A stretch of 64,000 nucleotides of DNA, from the NCBI RefSeq assembly GCF_009914755.1, contig NC_060947.1; one strand, 5' to 3'. The position numbers and the translations under genes are program-made. This document shows, in pieces, positions 1-16,094 of the stretch. Source of the stretch: the human T2T-CHM13v2.0 reference genome, Homo sapiens. The notes below the pieces were generated by a model. That model saw only the letters and a program-made list of their open reading frames with translations, had not been told where the DNA came from and did no database searches. Numbering within the stretch: position 1 is the first letter of the stretch; the number at the start of each line of letters is the position of its first letter.

Positions 1-305
1 AGGGTCAACCCGTTTCAGCTTGCAGTGATAGGGGTGTGTCCACCTGTCCACTTTTGCAGCACAGGCTGCTGGACACCTCGTGTGGCCTCAAACATATTTA
101 TTTGTGTTTAATGGGGTAAGTTAAAGTGACTGCTGTATTTTCTGCACTTTATGTTTTCCTATGTAATCTTGACAGTAGCTACAAATCCATTTCATTTTGT
201 GTGTATGTAGGTGTAGTATATAATGATTAGATTTAAAACTGCCCTATTAAAAATCGGCCACTTCATTGTGAACATTTGGAAAGTACCTCTTACTTGTGTC
301 TCTAA

Positions 306-488
<183 letters not shown>

Positions 489-1604
489 TAAGTTATATAG
501 CCTGCACTTTCACCCTCACATGTCAGCAGTACAATGATCAGATCCTTGTTTTGAAGAGTTCAATCTGATGGTGTGGGCCAACATGTTTGGAGGAGGGAAG
601 GAAATGAAAAGTGTGTGTCCTGGTGGTTTTCTTTTTTCCTGGGTAAGCTAAGTCATCATTCACTTTCATATGGCTCTGGCAGATTTTACCAAGTGAAGAC
701 CCCAGCATAGAGAACTTAGGTGGGATGATGAGCAGCTCTCCCATTTTGGGGAAGACGGTAGTGGGTGGGGTGAAGAGAGCACAGGCCGGGGAGGGTGGAA
801 GGGGCAGGTTTGAATTGAGTCCCCTCACTGGCTGTTTGTGTTAGTTGCAGAGGTTTCTTAGGAGCCTCCTTCTTTTGCAGGTGTGGGATGGACGGAAGGC
901 AGGCCTAGCTAGTAGTATTAAATGGGAATGTTCACACAGGGCCTGCAAACTTTGGCCTTCAGTAAAAGTTACTTCTCTTCTTGCTCTGCGATGTCACCAC
1001 TTTTCCTCCCTCAGTTACCGAGCATGCTCTGTTCTTTTTTGAGGGGGCAGGGAGGGGGATCCTGCAACCTAAAGTCTTTCCCTTAATCTCTATAAGGTAT
1101 TGTGCTCGCTCCCTCTTCCCTCTCTTCCTGAGAGAGTGGTCTGTTCTCATGATTTCCACTCATCTGTCTCCTCTGTTAACCACTTATTATCTGCCTTCAT
1201 CTACTGCTGTGCTGCAAAACTTTGCCTGCACGTGAACTGATAACCTCCCACTTGCAGTGTGCTGCCCTTTTTCTCGGCCACCTTGCCCTGCCCTCCCTTT
1301 CTCCCTCTGCTTCATGGCTGTCAGCTCCCCAGCTTCTCTTTCCGCCTGGCCGCCATCTCCTCTCAGCCATCCTTCCTTTGGTAGCTTCTCTCTCTCCTTT
1401 CCCTTTCCCCATGTCAGTTTCACCCCAGGTGAGAGGCCTGCAGGACTCACTGGGGACCTATGTCAAAGTCCCCAGGGCCTACTTCAAACCTTGAGACTCC
1501 TCCGGGGTGGGTTGTGTGTTTTCACACAGCAACCCCAATGCTTTTCTTAGTCCTGCCAGTAGTTACGTTTCAACGAGGTGGTAGGGTATTCTTGTTCTCT
1601 AGAC

Positions 1605-1820
1605 CAGCGTTTCTCAGCCTCGGCCCTATTGATGTTTTGAATCAGATCTTTCTTTGTTGTGGGGCTGCCTGTGCAATATAGGATGTTTAGCAGAATTAGT
1701 GGCCTTCACCCACTAGATGCGGATAACACCTCTTTCCTCAGTTGCAGCAACCAAAATTGTCTCCAGACATTGCCATCTGTTCCCTGTCAGGGCAACATTG
1801 CTCCCACTTGAGACCCACTG
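1605..1820 (-). mobile_element. MER20 (hAT-Charlie MITE)
   Basis: TIR-like cagcgtttctca...tgagacccactg, internal tgtctccagacattgcc, and ctctagac/ctctaaga target-like flanks. Confidence 0.8.
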
Positions 1821-1932
1821 CTCTAAGACACATATAACAGGGGCATCACAATCTTTAATGCCAGCGTGCCTTGCAGAGTTATGGAGAGGGTCCAAGTGAC
1901 TTCGGTACATATTTACGACCCTCCTGGAGTAG

Positions 1933-2358
<426 letters not shown>

Positions 2359-2814
2359 GGTTACATGTGTGTGTGTACAGTGCGTGTGATTCCCATGTCC
2401 AAAGTGCTGTCATGCTGCCTGCTTTCTGGAGCTGTAGAAAGTTGAAACACCTGGCGCAGATTGCAGCGCAGCTGTGTTGGAGGCAGGACTGGGCTGTTTC
2501 CTCAGCCTTTCTTTTTTGCCATCACTCTACCACTTGTGAGCAAATTGAGTTATCAGAATTCTATGTATTGTGTAGCTAGGCCTAATGAAGCATTCAAAAT
2601 GAGCAATGCTAATGGGTTGTTTAGCTTTTTGTTTTCTTTGTACTCTGTCTCTGTAGTCTCTCCATTCTAAAGTTTAATTTGGAAAGGTCTGTCCTGAATT
2701 ATCAAAGTAAGAATACTCAGATTTCCATAAGCTCTTCTCACCTCCTCTTAGCCCAACTCAAACTCCATCAGATCTTCTCACCTTGATTTTGAGCTGGAAT
2801 GTTTCAATGAGCAA

Positions 2815-2820
2815 AATAAA
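2815..2820 (+). terminator. Intronic polyadenylation signal (AATAAA)
   Basis: AATAAA followed ~15-30 nt later by a U-rich tract (gtttactttcttttttt). Confidence 0.55.
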
Positions 2821-3839
2821 TTAGACAAAAGTTTACTTTCTTTTTTTCCAAAATACACACAGGTTGATTTGCTGTAATATAAAACTTAGAAGTAAACCAC
2901 TGCTAATTAATCATTTTAAACTTTCAAAAACTGCTAAAACAGGTGCCATGAATCAGGTACAATTACTGTAGAAACTAACATTAGCTATTATACACTAACC
3001 AGGCATTTTTCCCAAATTAATTACAATCTGGTTGTTTAGCCTATGCTAATTAAGCCCTCTTAGTAGTAGTATTCACTTTACATTGAAGACCTCATTCACA
3101 AATACAGGGTGCTCTGTGCTTATATCCTTCCACCCTTGACTGCCAAAAATGTGTGAAATGGAAAGTTGATGGCAGCAGGGCCGACGATGTCACCTGGTGC
3201 CTCGCGGGCTCAGTGAGTTAGGAAGTCAGCAGCAGGGGAGGCAGCTTGCATGCCTGTCCCCCGGCACACTGTGTGGAGGTGGAAACAGAGCTACGCCAGC
3301 AGGCGCCAAGCACCCAACTCCAGAGATGGAAGCCTGGTGGCCTTCCTTTCACAGAGCTCAGCTGCTCGCAGGCTGTGAAATCTAAGACACCCCTCATAAA
3401 TATCAAAAACACCTCCAAAGCTAACGTCAGGGTAAAACTACTTGGAGTCGAATCCCCATGCCCCAGTAGGTGTATCTTGTGTATGACCTGTGCCCTGTTC
3501 TTCCCTCAGCCTCGCCTGCTGTGCTGACTCCTTCAGGGGTCCTTCTAAGCATCATCCTGTTGGAACTCCCAAAAGTCATCCCAGTGCCATTCTGTGTTCA
3601 GGTGCCCATTTCCTTGTGTACATCCTGTCCCTGCCACATCCATAAGCTCCTGAGAGAAAGGTCTGACTTGTTGATTGTGTCACCCCATCACAGCTCAGTG
3701 TTGGTGGCATAGTTCCAGGTGCGTGAAAGTATTTGCTGATTCTTTGAAGATTGGGAAGGCTCAGAAGGGCAGAGTTGAAGAAGGCATACCTTTAAGAGAA
3801 GCCCTTTGAATAATCAAGTGCTAAAACAAAATCAGGTGC

Positions 3840-4405
3840 TTTTTTAAAACAGCTTGATTGAGATATAATCCACATACCTTAAAATTCACACATTTAAAGT
3901 TTTTAGTGTCTCCAGACACAGTGGTTCATGCCTGTGAGACTGGGGCAGGAGGATCACTTGAGGCCAGGAGTTCAAGATCAGCCTGGGCAATATAGTGAAA
4001 CCCCATCTCTTAAAGAAAAAGTTAGCCAGGTGTGATGATGTGCACCTATAGTCCCAGCTACTTGGGAGGCTGCAGCTGTGGCTGTGGCTGAAGCTGGCGG
4101 ATCGCTTGAGGCCCAGAGTCTAAGACTGCAGTGAGCTCTCATTGGGCCACTGCAGTCGAGCCTGGGCGACACAAAGAGACCACCCTGTCTGATAGATAAC
4201 TAACAAAATAGTTTTAGTTGGGCAAAATTAAAGAGTTGGGCAACCATCACTGAAATCAGTTTCAGACATTTTCACCACTCCAAAAAAGAAACCCCACATC
4301 GACTAGCAGTTACTCATTTGCTTCTCCCTATGTCCCCTGACAACCACTAATCTATTTGTCTCTATAGATTTGCCAGTTTGGGGCATTTCATATAAATGGA
4401 ATCAT
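3840..4405 (-). mobile_element. Old L1M 3'-end fragment interrupted by an Alu
   Basis: ttgagatataatccacata...aaaattcacacatttaaag and caaccactaatcta...catttcatataaatggaatcat motifs. Confidence 0.7.
3910..4209 (+). mobile_element. AluJ-like SINE with a left-arm deletion
   Basis: ggatcacttgaggccaggagttcaag...cctgggcaa, plus a right arm with cctatagtcccagctacttgggaggct. Confidence 0.85.
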
Positions 4406-4539
4406 CTGTATGTAAGTGGTTAATAAGGATTGGTTGATTGAAGATTGAAAAGGGTCAGCTGGGAAAATTTTTAAAAAGACTGTTTTTAAAAAGGTGCTAC
4501 AAAATAAAGTGCTATCTTTTTCTGTTTCTCTTTGTACTT

Positions 4540-4965
4540 TTTATTTTTTATTTGTATTTATTGATGTGAAATTCACATATAAAATTAACCATTGTAAAGT
4601 GAATAATTCAGTGGCACTTAACAGCTTCATTGACACATCCACATATACAGTTCAATCCAGTAGTTTTTAGTGTATTCACAGAGTTGTGCGACCATCTGCA
4701 CAGTCAATTCCAGAACATTTTCAGCACCCCCCCACGAGAAACCCCATACCCAGTAGCAATCACTCCCCACTTCCCCTTCTGCAAGCTCCTGGCAACCACT
4801 AAGCTGCTTTCGGTCTCTCTGGATTTGCCTACCCTGGGTATTTCATATAAATGGAAACATAGTATGTGGCCCTTTGTGATTGGCTCCATTCACTAAGCAT
4901 AGTCTTTTAAGGTTCATCCACATTGTAGCATATGTCAGTGCTTTATTCCTTATTTTTTTAACCAA
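4540..4965 (-). mobile_element. L1MB-like 3'-end fragment
   Basis: T-rich tail, attcacagagttgtgcgaccatc, ggcaaccactaa and cactaagcatagtc...ggttcatccacattgtagca. Confidence 0.8.
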
Positions 4966-5096
4966 ATAAAATTCAGGTGCTATCTGTTAGGAAAGTCTTA
5001 TCGTTAAAGGTTGGTAATTTCTGAGAACCAAGTTTAGATTTATGTTCTGCAGTTTTTAACAGTCTTGAGGCAGTCTTTAATTCAGTTGCTGTGTGA

Positions 5097-5243
<147 letters not shown>

Positions 5244-5490
5244 TGATGTTTGTTCCCAATGGTTCCTTCATTTGTGATTACTTCAATTCTATAGGTGGAA
5301 GTCAAGGTTCTTAAAGCATCATGTTGCTGCTATTACTGTAAACATTATCAAAATTGTACGTAATTTTATGCTTAACACTGTGGGTTTTGGTTTCTAAAGT
5401 GAGAAAATTGTTAGGATTCCAGCCCTACACTGACAATCATCTTTTAAATAAGTGCAATTATTGAAATACCAGTATTTTTACTTTATAGAA

Positions 5491-5802
5491 CAGATGTCAA
5501 TTTCCACAGAGGGCCAGAGGGTAAATACTTTCGGCTTTGTGGGCCATATGGTGTCTGTCAAGGCTACTTAACTCCAAAAGTAGCCACAGATAGTATGTAA
5601 ATAAAATGAGTGTGCTATATTCCAATAAAACTTGATTTATGGACACTGAAATTTGACTAGCATTTAATTTTCATGTGTTTGAAAATTTTTTTTGTTTTTC
5701 AATCATTTAAAAATATAACATCCACTCTTAGCTTGTGGGCAATATAGAAACAGGCAGTAGTTGGGCGGGATGTGACCAGCAGGCTGTAGTTTGCTGACTC
5801 CT
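5491..5802 (+). mobile_element. MER58B-like hAT MITE
   Basis: gggccagagggtaaatactttcggctttgtgggccat...attccaataaaactt...tgtagtttgctgactcc. Confidence 0.75.
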
Positions 5803-6008
5803 ACTTTAAATCCCTGATTCCCCTCCATCATTAACAGTAATACCAATAGCCGTCCCTTCAGGGATGGGCTCTAGGCCACCACTGTGCCAGACACTTGAAC
5901 CAAATACTTTGAATTCTCGAGATCAGCCTTGCCACCAGATTTCCACTTGATAGATGGGAAAACTTTTCATTTTAAAACTATTTTTAAGGCCCATTAGGTG
6001 ATCTGTAG

Positions 6009-6454
<446 letters not shown>

Positions 6455-6489
6455 TAGGCAAAGAGCACTTGATGATGGGAAGAGAAGTC

Positions 6490-6792
6490 ACAAAACTTTC
6501 TTCCAGACGATAACTGTCTTCAGTAGTGTGTACCCTAAGGTCTCTTGAGAGACTGCTCAACTCTGCTGTTCCAGCAGGAAAGCCCTAAACAAAGGGACGT
6601 GGCTCTGCCATAAACAAAGGGGTGTGGCTCTGTGTGCTGCCCCCTTAATTCATTCATGGACACTGAGAATTTAATGTCATGTGATTTTCACATATCACAA
6701 AATATTATTCGTATGATTTTTTTTCCCCAACCATTTTGAACATATGAGCATGGGGCTGGATTTGGCCTAGGGGCTACAGTTGGCTGACCCCA
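6490..6792 (+). mobile_element. MER58B-like hAT MITE, degraded, with an internal ~25-bp duplication
   Basis: actgctcaactctgctgtt, catggacactgagaattt and gatttggcctaggggctacagttggctgacccc. Confidence 0.6.
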
Positions 6793-7988
6793 TAGAGAAT
6801 CTAGAAAGCCTAATTTGTGTTATGATGATTGTTGAGGGTAGGTTAGGAAATCCCTAGTTCAAGCAGTCCCTGACATGCCCATTTTTCAGATAAGAATGCA
6901 CTACGAATTTTATTATTGAGGGGAAATCGTGAATTTAAGGGGCATCTGAGTTGTCAAGTAAGGGCTATTCCCACTCCGGTCTGCAGTGCGAATGCGCCAT
7001 CTAGTGGTTATAGGTACAGCTGCAACTTATAGTTTGAAAGTGCTTTCTGGGAAATGGTTGGGGTTCAGGCGGCTCTCACAAGGACTCATGAGACCTTCGT
7101 GGATTCCCACCTTCTTACGTACGTCTACCACCGTGTTTTTTGACCAGGGCTCTTTCTCTCAGTTCCAATCGCTGCTCCACAGTACTAGGGGCTGGTCTGG
7201 GCCAGCACATGCCAGTAAAGGTCCATCAATGATTCCCATGCATACCCCACTGGGAATCCCCCGACTAGAAACCTACCATTTTTCCCCGGAAAATGTGTCT
7301 TCATAAATAGAAGATTATAAACTGCCTTGAAACACAGAATTGAGTGAGTGAGATAGAGCCAGATGACCTGCTTTTGTACGTGCCAAGTGCTGTTCATGCC
7401 TCTGAGATTGCAAAGTCCTGTATGTTTCCTTTGAGTCACTTTCAGAATGGTTCCAAAGCTTCAGCTGTGTGCACTGGGCAGGTGCTGGGGATGCTGTAAA
7501 GATGCTGGAACGATCCCTTCCCTCAGTGCTCCACAGTGCAGAAGTGGGGCGCTGGGGGTGGAGACCTAGGCGAGAGTCTAGGCCTGTCTAGGCAGGGGCC
7601 AAAGTGAAGCTAGGCCTTTGTTCTGGATCCTTCAGGGCCACCTTGGTGCTTATTAGCTTCTGGCAGTTCCATGTTGTTAAACTGACTATATCAGTGTTTC
7701 TGAGTTTGTGGGGGCATCTTTCTTTCTGCTTTGTCTGCTGGTGGACTTCCTCCAGTCTGACTGTTTCCATATTGAATATGACGTCCCAAAAGCCAAAGTA
7801 GCAGCTCAGTAGAGTAGGCTCTGGTTCTATAATTTGCTGAAGTACTTTTACGGAAATTCATCAGAGAGTTTTGAAATGCAACTCTCCCTTTAACAAAAGC
7901 CCCAGGTCCACCCACAGTTCTGAAATTCAGAATGAAGACAAATCAGTTATCAGGTTTGAAGTCTATTTCAGTTGATTCAAGGGGTTAA

Positions 7989-8429
<441 letters not shown>

Positions 8430-8593
8430 ATGCAGCAGAATTTTCAATAAAGAGAAAGGACTAAAGAACCTAAACAGTTACAGTTATTTATAGAGAATAA
8501 CTGTTGCGAGTTAAGAAATTAAAGACTTTCTTGATCTATTTTAAGTGTTTTTGCCTTTCATCTTTGTTTTTTGTAAGCTTGTGTTTATTTTGA

Positions 8594-8857
<264 letters not shown>

Positions 8858-9105
8858 TAGCTTTCTGTACACCTTGTGGTTTGGGCTATAATTATCTAAC
8901 TAAGAAATTTGGGGATCCAAGAAAAATTAAAAGTAATCTATCAAAGAAAAGGCATTGAATGAATCTTAAATTTCATAAAAATTATGTTTGTAATATTTGT
9001 ACTGCTACTCTGTCTTTGTTCAGTAAGAGTTTGGGGATTTGTTTGATAATGTGGATGTTAATTTCAGTTCCAGTAGAGATAAGGAGGGGCCCAGACCTTC
9101 CCTGA

Positions 9106-9372
<267 letters not shown>

Positions 9373-10809
9373 TAAGCATGGTTGGTTCTAACCGTAATGG
9401 GAATTAGGAGTGGGTTTTTTTGGTATTTCTTTTTTCCATAATTTCTCTGGTTTCTGAGTTAGGGGCATTCATTGTACAGAGGTGAAGTTTTTTTGTCTCA
9501 CTAGAAGAATTTAATTTAAAAAAACCTTATAAATAGAAAATAAATTTTCTAAAGTAGAAGTGATTGAGATTGATGATAATTTAGTTTTACATTTTTTTAT
9601 TCAACAGTACCTCAAGTAGTGGACTTTCCTTTGTTGCATGTACATAAACTAACTTAAATAGTAGCATTTATAGGTTGGATTTCGGTGTTTACTTTAGAAT
9701 TAAGAGAAAAGACCCCTTGTCTGTGTTGTCATGTATGAATTCAGACCAAGGTATTGTTTCCTGCAGCTGACAAAGCCAGTCATTTTTTTATCTAATAGGA
9801 TCATTTGATCTGAGGCTCTGCTGTGTCCTCTCCCTTCCAGATGATGTCTATGGACCACTTTCTCTCCTTGGCCTTCAAGGCTAGTTGTCCCCCTGCCTCA
9901 CCCAGCTCATCCTAGCTACCTGACTTTGTTTCTTCCTTCTCTTTAAGGAGTATCTCTTCCTTGTATCCAGGCCCCACCCTGACTTATCAAGTAGGATTTA
10001 CCACAGAGTGGAGAGTATCCCAGCCAGGGAAATCGTCTTGTGGTTTTAAGAGATCCTTTCATGTAGGCATTTTGAATAAAGTGTCCATGAGTGGAATTAG
10101 ACTTCACAACATTTTCTTGGAAACAAGTTTCCAAAAGACCCTCTTCCCTCCCAGCCTCTTCCTCAACAAAACCCACAACTCTGTTTGGCATAAAATTTTG
10201 TAAACTGAAATCAAATAGTGCCAAGAAAATATGAAGAGTCAGTTGCAGGATAGCATAGGAAATCCTGCTAATTTTGATGCATGCCTAATACAAAATAGAA
10301 ATTAGAATTTTAGGAAGTAACTTAGGAGGACTTACTAATAAACCTAGTAAGAGGTTTTAAAAACGTATTCGAAGATATCAACCAGAATCAATGGACTCAA
10401 TAATGATCATAAAAAGAGTACACTCATAGAAGAAAAAGAGTTAGCTATCCAATGAGTTTTGACTCAATTTATACTGAAGAAGGTTTGCACATTTTTAGGA
10501 ATTTGGGCAGGTGGGAGTCACTGGGAAGCAAGCATAAGGCAAATGTGCTTATTAGTGAATATTGCACATGTGAGAATGTCTTAGCCCTCCATGGCAAAAT
10601 CAGTTGAAGTTTGAGTCAAGATATCATATGTATATTGAAGATTCTTGAATGACCAGCACATTTTTAACATCCGTCTTCATACATATGAGTCTTTCCTGTG
10701 TCTTGGTACTGTTAGCTAGAACTGTAACATGTTTTGGCATGGCAAATTAGGACACCAAATGCCATTACTAGTTGTTCTGTTCAATTTTTGTATGACTTTG
10801 CTCATATAA

Positions 10810-11166
<357 letters not shown>

Positions 11167-11270
11167 TATAATCTGTTGTTTTTAATAGTTTGTTTGAACA
11201 ACAGAAAAATGTAGAAACATTCATGGGCTTTTTTTTTTCCGCCCCCAACAGAAGTGTTTATATAACCAGA

Positions 11271-11284
11271 CTGCCACCTAGTGG
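11271..11284 (-). promoter_or_regulatory. CTCF core motif in the last MSL3 intron
   Basis: The minus strand reads CCACTAGGTGGCAG, an exact match to CCASYAGRKGGCRS. Confidence 0.6.
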
Positions 11285-11487
11285 AGTGTAGGTTCTGTTT
11301 CCATTTGTACACCTGATGATGGTGAAGGCATTCAGATAAGTAGTAATTCACATAGAAGCTGGATAAGTGCAGTGAAAATAATCAGTATAGAGAGATCAAA
11401 ATTATAGTCATTTTTTTCTTCCTAATACCAAAAAACAGTTGAAATGTTAGTAGGTTGAAAGTCAATATTTTGCTTGATGGTATTTAG

Positions 11488-11628
<141 letters not shown>

Positions 11629-12116
11629 AATGTTGTTGGTTCTGTAAGAGCAACTGCTCTGTCTAGTTTGGCGCTCTGGGTTCCAGGTGAATAACTAACA
11701 AGGTGGTGGGTCTTTACCCACAGCGCAAACACAATGCCCACCTTGGGGCTCTGTTGTTTGAGTTGCCCACATACTGCAGTTATTCTGTTAGGAATGATTC
11801 CCTGGGTGCCTGAAAGTGCTCTGACACGACACTTGTTACTTTGCAGGCCATCTGTGATGGCAAGGAAAAAGCAACTATGTTCACAGTGAAATATTCGTGG
11901 AATAGGTTAGGCCATTTCAGTAGACATTGCAGTTAGTTAGCAAGAACCACATTGTCTCTTTATTTGTTAGCATTAAACAAATTTTTTTTTGCAAATTGGT
12001 TTTATTTTTTTGATGAAGCCGAGCAACTCTGTCCAAAAAGGTTTAGTTTGTACTCGGAAACCACAAAGTAGTCTCAAAGTATTTTAGAGGGAATCGATAT
12101 TGATGGCAAAAGAAAA

Positions 12117-12291
12117 TTTGCAGCTATGCATTTGCTTCTAACGGTTCCCTCTCTGTGAAACATTATTTTTGGTGATCTAAAGAAAGCATTGCCTTTCTTA
12201 TTTGAGATTTTACAGCTATACTTTGTTGTGTAATGTTATGGTTCCCTTTCTGTAAAATGTTATTTTTGGTGATCTAAATAAAGCCTGTCTT
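12117..12291 (+). repeat. Diverged two-copy tandem duplication (~92-97 nt period) in the MSL3 3'UTR
   Basis: cagctat...ggttccct.tctgt.aaa..ttatttttggtgatctaaa.aaagc occurs at 12121-12187 and again at 12213-12284. Confidence 0.85.
12277..12282 (+). terminator. MSL3 main polyadenylation signal
   Basis: Canonical AATAAA ~650 nt after the stop, with upstream UGUA motifs and downstream U/GU-rich sequence. Confidence 0.8.
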
Positions 12292-13189
12292 GTTTGAAAG
12301 AACCAGGAGAGAGAGTTTTCACTCTGGCCTTGTCCTCTTTAATGCAGGGTAACAGTGGGGTAACCTTTTGACTCATAACTTTAGGTTTCATTTTGTTTTT
12401 CCTTTGTGCCTTTTTTTGTTAAATCCCTCTTTGGTTTTGCCTCACTTGGCAGCAGGACCAGACAGTGGTTCCTAGAAGTTCCTGCAGTTCTGTGCTGTCT
12501 TGTTGCTGCATTGTGGTCTCATCTGGGGCTAACACCAGCTTATCCTCCTCCTCCCTCATTACCAACTGACAGTCTCTGCAGTCACTCCTCTAATCCTTAT
12601 TTTAGTCGCACATGCCTCCCCTATCTTCAGATGTTTTAGAAAGTTCTAACTTCGTAGAAATGGTATCAGTACCATACCAGCATTGAATATAGCACCTGCC
12701 TTGTAACTCAACTCAGCAGACCTTAACTTCCAAAGATCACTGGTTGTGAACAAGGGCCACAAAGATTTTTTAAAAATCTGTAGATGGTTTCATCAAAGTG
12801 ACTTATGCATACACTGACCAATGAGAATTAATACTGTGCACTTAGTTGCTAAGTTAGACGTGGGTTTTGGTGTCTCATCCGGAGTAGTACTCAGGTTCCT
12901 GGTAGCTTTTATCTCCATTTGGTTTATGCAATGCTTGTTTGAATCTGGCGCACCTGCAGTGTGCTCTGAATTGCTTAAAAAGCTGAATCAGTAATTACTT
13001 ATGGCCAGGAAAAGGAAAAAGATTTTCCTTTGTAAGACTCAACTTGTTTAAATGTCTCCAATGAAGTGAGCACAGACATTTATATAGGCACATACCTTGA
13101 GTTTACAGTTAATTCATTTTCTAATAATGAACAATTATTTTCTTCCCCTGAAGGCATTTCTTAAATATAACTTCAAAAGTTGATGATGT

Positions 13190-13551
<362 letters not shown>

Positions 13552-16094
13552 CTATTGTTTATTACTAATAATTCAAAATATTCCTCAGATAAAAATATTT
13601 AAATGTCTATATAATCCTTATACAAATTACAAATTATCTTCCTTTTGTTAATTTTTAAATTGTTACTTTCTTAAACTGCCAAACCTTACAGTTGTTAAGT
13701 CTTATATTCATTGTCAATGTTTTCCTTTTAGTAGTAATTTAAAGGCATGTTGAAAACAATATTTCAATAATTTCTGTATCAGACCCTTGTACTAGATCTT
13801 TGACAAAAACTTGTGAGAACAAAAAAACCATTTCTGAGCAGAAATGGAATATATAAATCATTCCAGGGTATGACGTACACTAAAGAAGCCAAAGAAAACT
13901 TATCAATTTATAAAAGTTGCTGTCTCTCATTAGATATTGTCAACTCAAAAATTTGAACAAGTATAATGACCCTGTTTTGCAGTTAAAAAGATAGTTCAAT
14001 AGCCTTTGCCCTTTAAGATTTGGCTTGTCAACAGTTAAGTTTTTCTGAGCAGTTATTGACTACTTATTCTGCTGCCAGAAACTACTAGGTATTGGAAACG
14101 GGAAGAAATAAGGCATGGTCCTTGTTGGAATACAGTTAAGATAATTTTTACAGGCACTGACCATCATTTTTACTAAATCAAGTTTGGTATTAAGGAAGTG
14201 TGTTACTTTAATCAGTTCATAATATACAAAAGTGTAATGTAACCCATAAAGGTCAGCATTTTCCAAAATTAACCCTTCCATTGTCCCAAAAATAAAGTAT
14301 GCTTCTATTAACTGGTTTTCAGTGCAGAGGGTTTGATCATTGAATGTTTTCATCAGTTATGAAATCTGGCCAAGATGGTGTTAAGGAACTTGATATACAC
14401 TTGGGTAAAGGGGTTTCAATAGATTAAGTTGAAAGCAATAACTTGGAAATCATGTTTATACTCCAAAGAAGCAAGAAACTCCTCAATAAACTAGTTAAAT
14501 CTTTTGAACTGGATGACTTTAGTGTGTATTTGTTTTTATGTTATTCTGGTCAAAAGACCAAGTGCTTCTCTGGAATCCACCTTCTAAACTCAACATGAGT
14601 TTATCGATGGCTATTTCTTGCCTTCAGCCTTCCCTCCGGTGTAAATTATGGGATATCTAACCAATGAGCAGAATACAAGTCCCCAGCAAATTGTCTCAGG
14701 GCCTGGGATGTACCTAGCCAGCACCACTCCCTTTGCATGGTGACAGGCACAGCAACTGGGAGGCTATCCCACATCATATCCAGAATGGACATGTTGCCAA
14801 CATGCATCATACGTGGAAAATACATGTGTTAGATCTTTCATCACACAGTGAGGAATGCAATTACTAGAAATGGGTGAATAAGCAAGAGTTCACATGTAGT
14901 TGAACAGTTGGGTTGCTGGAAATCAGGAGACCTTTCCTACAGGATGATGCTTCTCCTGCTTTGATGGGCAGTCTTGCTAGAATGTGGGTTCTGAGTCAGC
15001 CGGCCTGAACTGCTAGTGAGCTCCCAGTCATGCTGAGGCTGCTGGCCCTCAGTCTGCACACTGAGCAGGCAGGTTCTGAGATATTGTTTGAGGGGATAGG
15101 ATGTACGAAATCGGGTAGGAAGCAGGATTCAGACATAGTCAGTCCTTTCTGCAATACTTTATGTTCTTCCTTTTGTTCTCAGGATAGCTACATAAGGAAG
15201 GTATTATGTCTTACATAAATCAAGGAATTAGAATTCAGATTAGTTAGAAGCAAGAGAGAATTCAAACAGATCTGTTTTGATTCTAAAGCTATTTCACTGC
15301 AACTTTTTCCAAGCCAAGGCAAGACAATAGGCAAGCTTTATGGGTCAGAGGGTAGAGGAAAGAAGTAGGGAAACATTTGGAATCATTTTTCTGCAGTCTC
15401 TCCACTTTCTCCATCTTCTTCACCCTTCCCACGTGTTCCCAGGATTCTTACTGTTTTAAACTGCCATCTGCTTGGCCATTTGCTTGATTCTGGTATTAAA
15501 GGAAGAGGCAGTTGTTAGTTTAAGGCTTTATCGTTTAGGTAGCTAGATCTAAACTGGATTTATTTTTTGTAATTCTGAAATATGAGGGCTGATTGCAAAA
15601 GAAGAAATCTATTAAGTTCATCCAAGATTCAATGACAACATCTTTCACTGACCACACTTTCAAGAGTTTTAGAGATGTTTGGCTTCCTAGAGGATTTAAC
15701 AAAATATCTTAGTTTTGGCATCCAAATCCTTTGTTGCATGGGGTTGTAATGAGAACTGTAAAATAGAATATGTGCTAAATGGACACAGTGATCATAGCTG
15801 CATTCAGAGAATACTGGGAAATAGATCTCTAGCTTAGCAGAAGTAACTCAAGTCACTACGAGGAAGTAATTTCAAGGTACTAGTGTGCTCATAGTGACTG
15901 ATTTCTATGGATTAACACAATCTATCTAAATTGACACAATAGTGGAATCTTGTATTTTTATCATTAAACTATTTCACTTTTTATTAGTCTCACTGATGTT
16001 AACAGTTATCATCTATTCTGAATGTCACTGAATTTATTAATTAACCTGATTTCCAAGGTAAAAGTTAATTAGTACTTAGGTAAAGTGATTATAG

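Larger units (their letters stand above)
11629..12300 (+). other. MSL3: MSL3 3'UTR (end approximate)
   Basis: U-rich unique sequence between the stop codon and the AATAAA at 12277. An additional ATTAAA lies at 11972. Confidence 0.8.

Noticed and set aside
763-804. G-run cluster as a G-quadruplex
   Set aside because: The runs are irregular with a long loop, and intronic G-triplets are common.
9820-9996. Strong-looking acceptor tcccttccag|ATGATG in the last MSL3 intron
   Set aside because: There is no good downstream donor, and the sequence resembles decayed pyrimidine-rich repeat.
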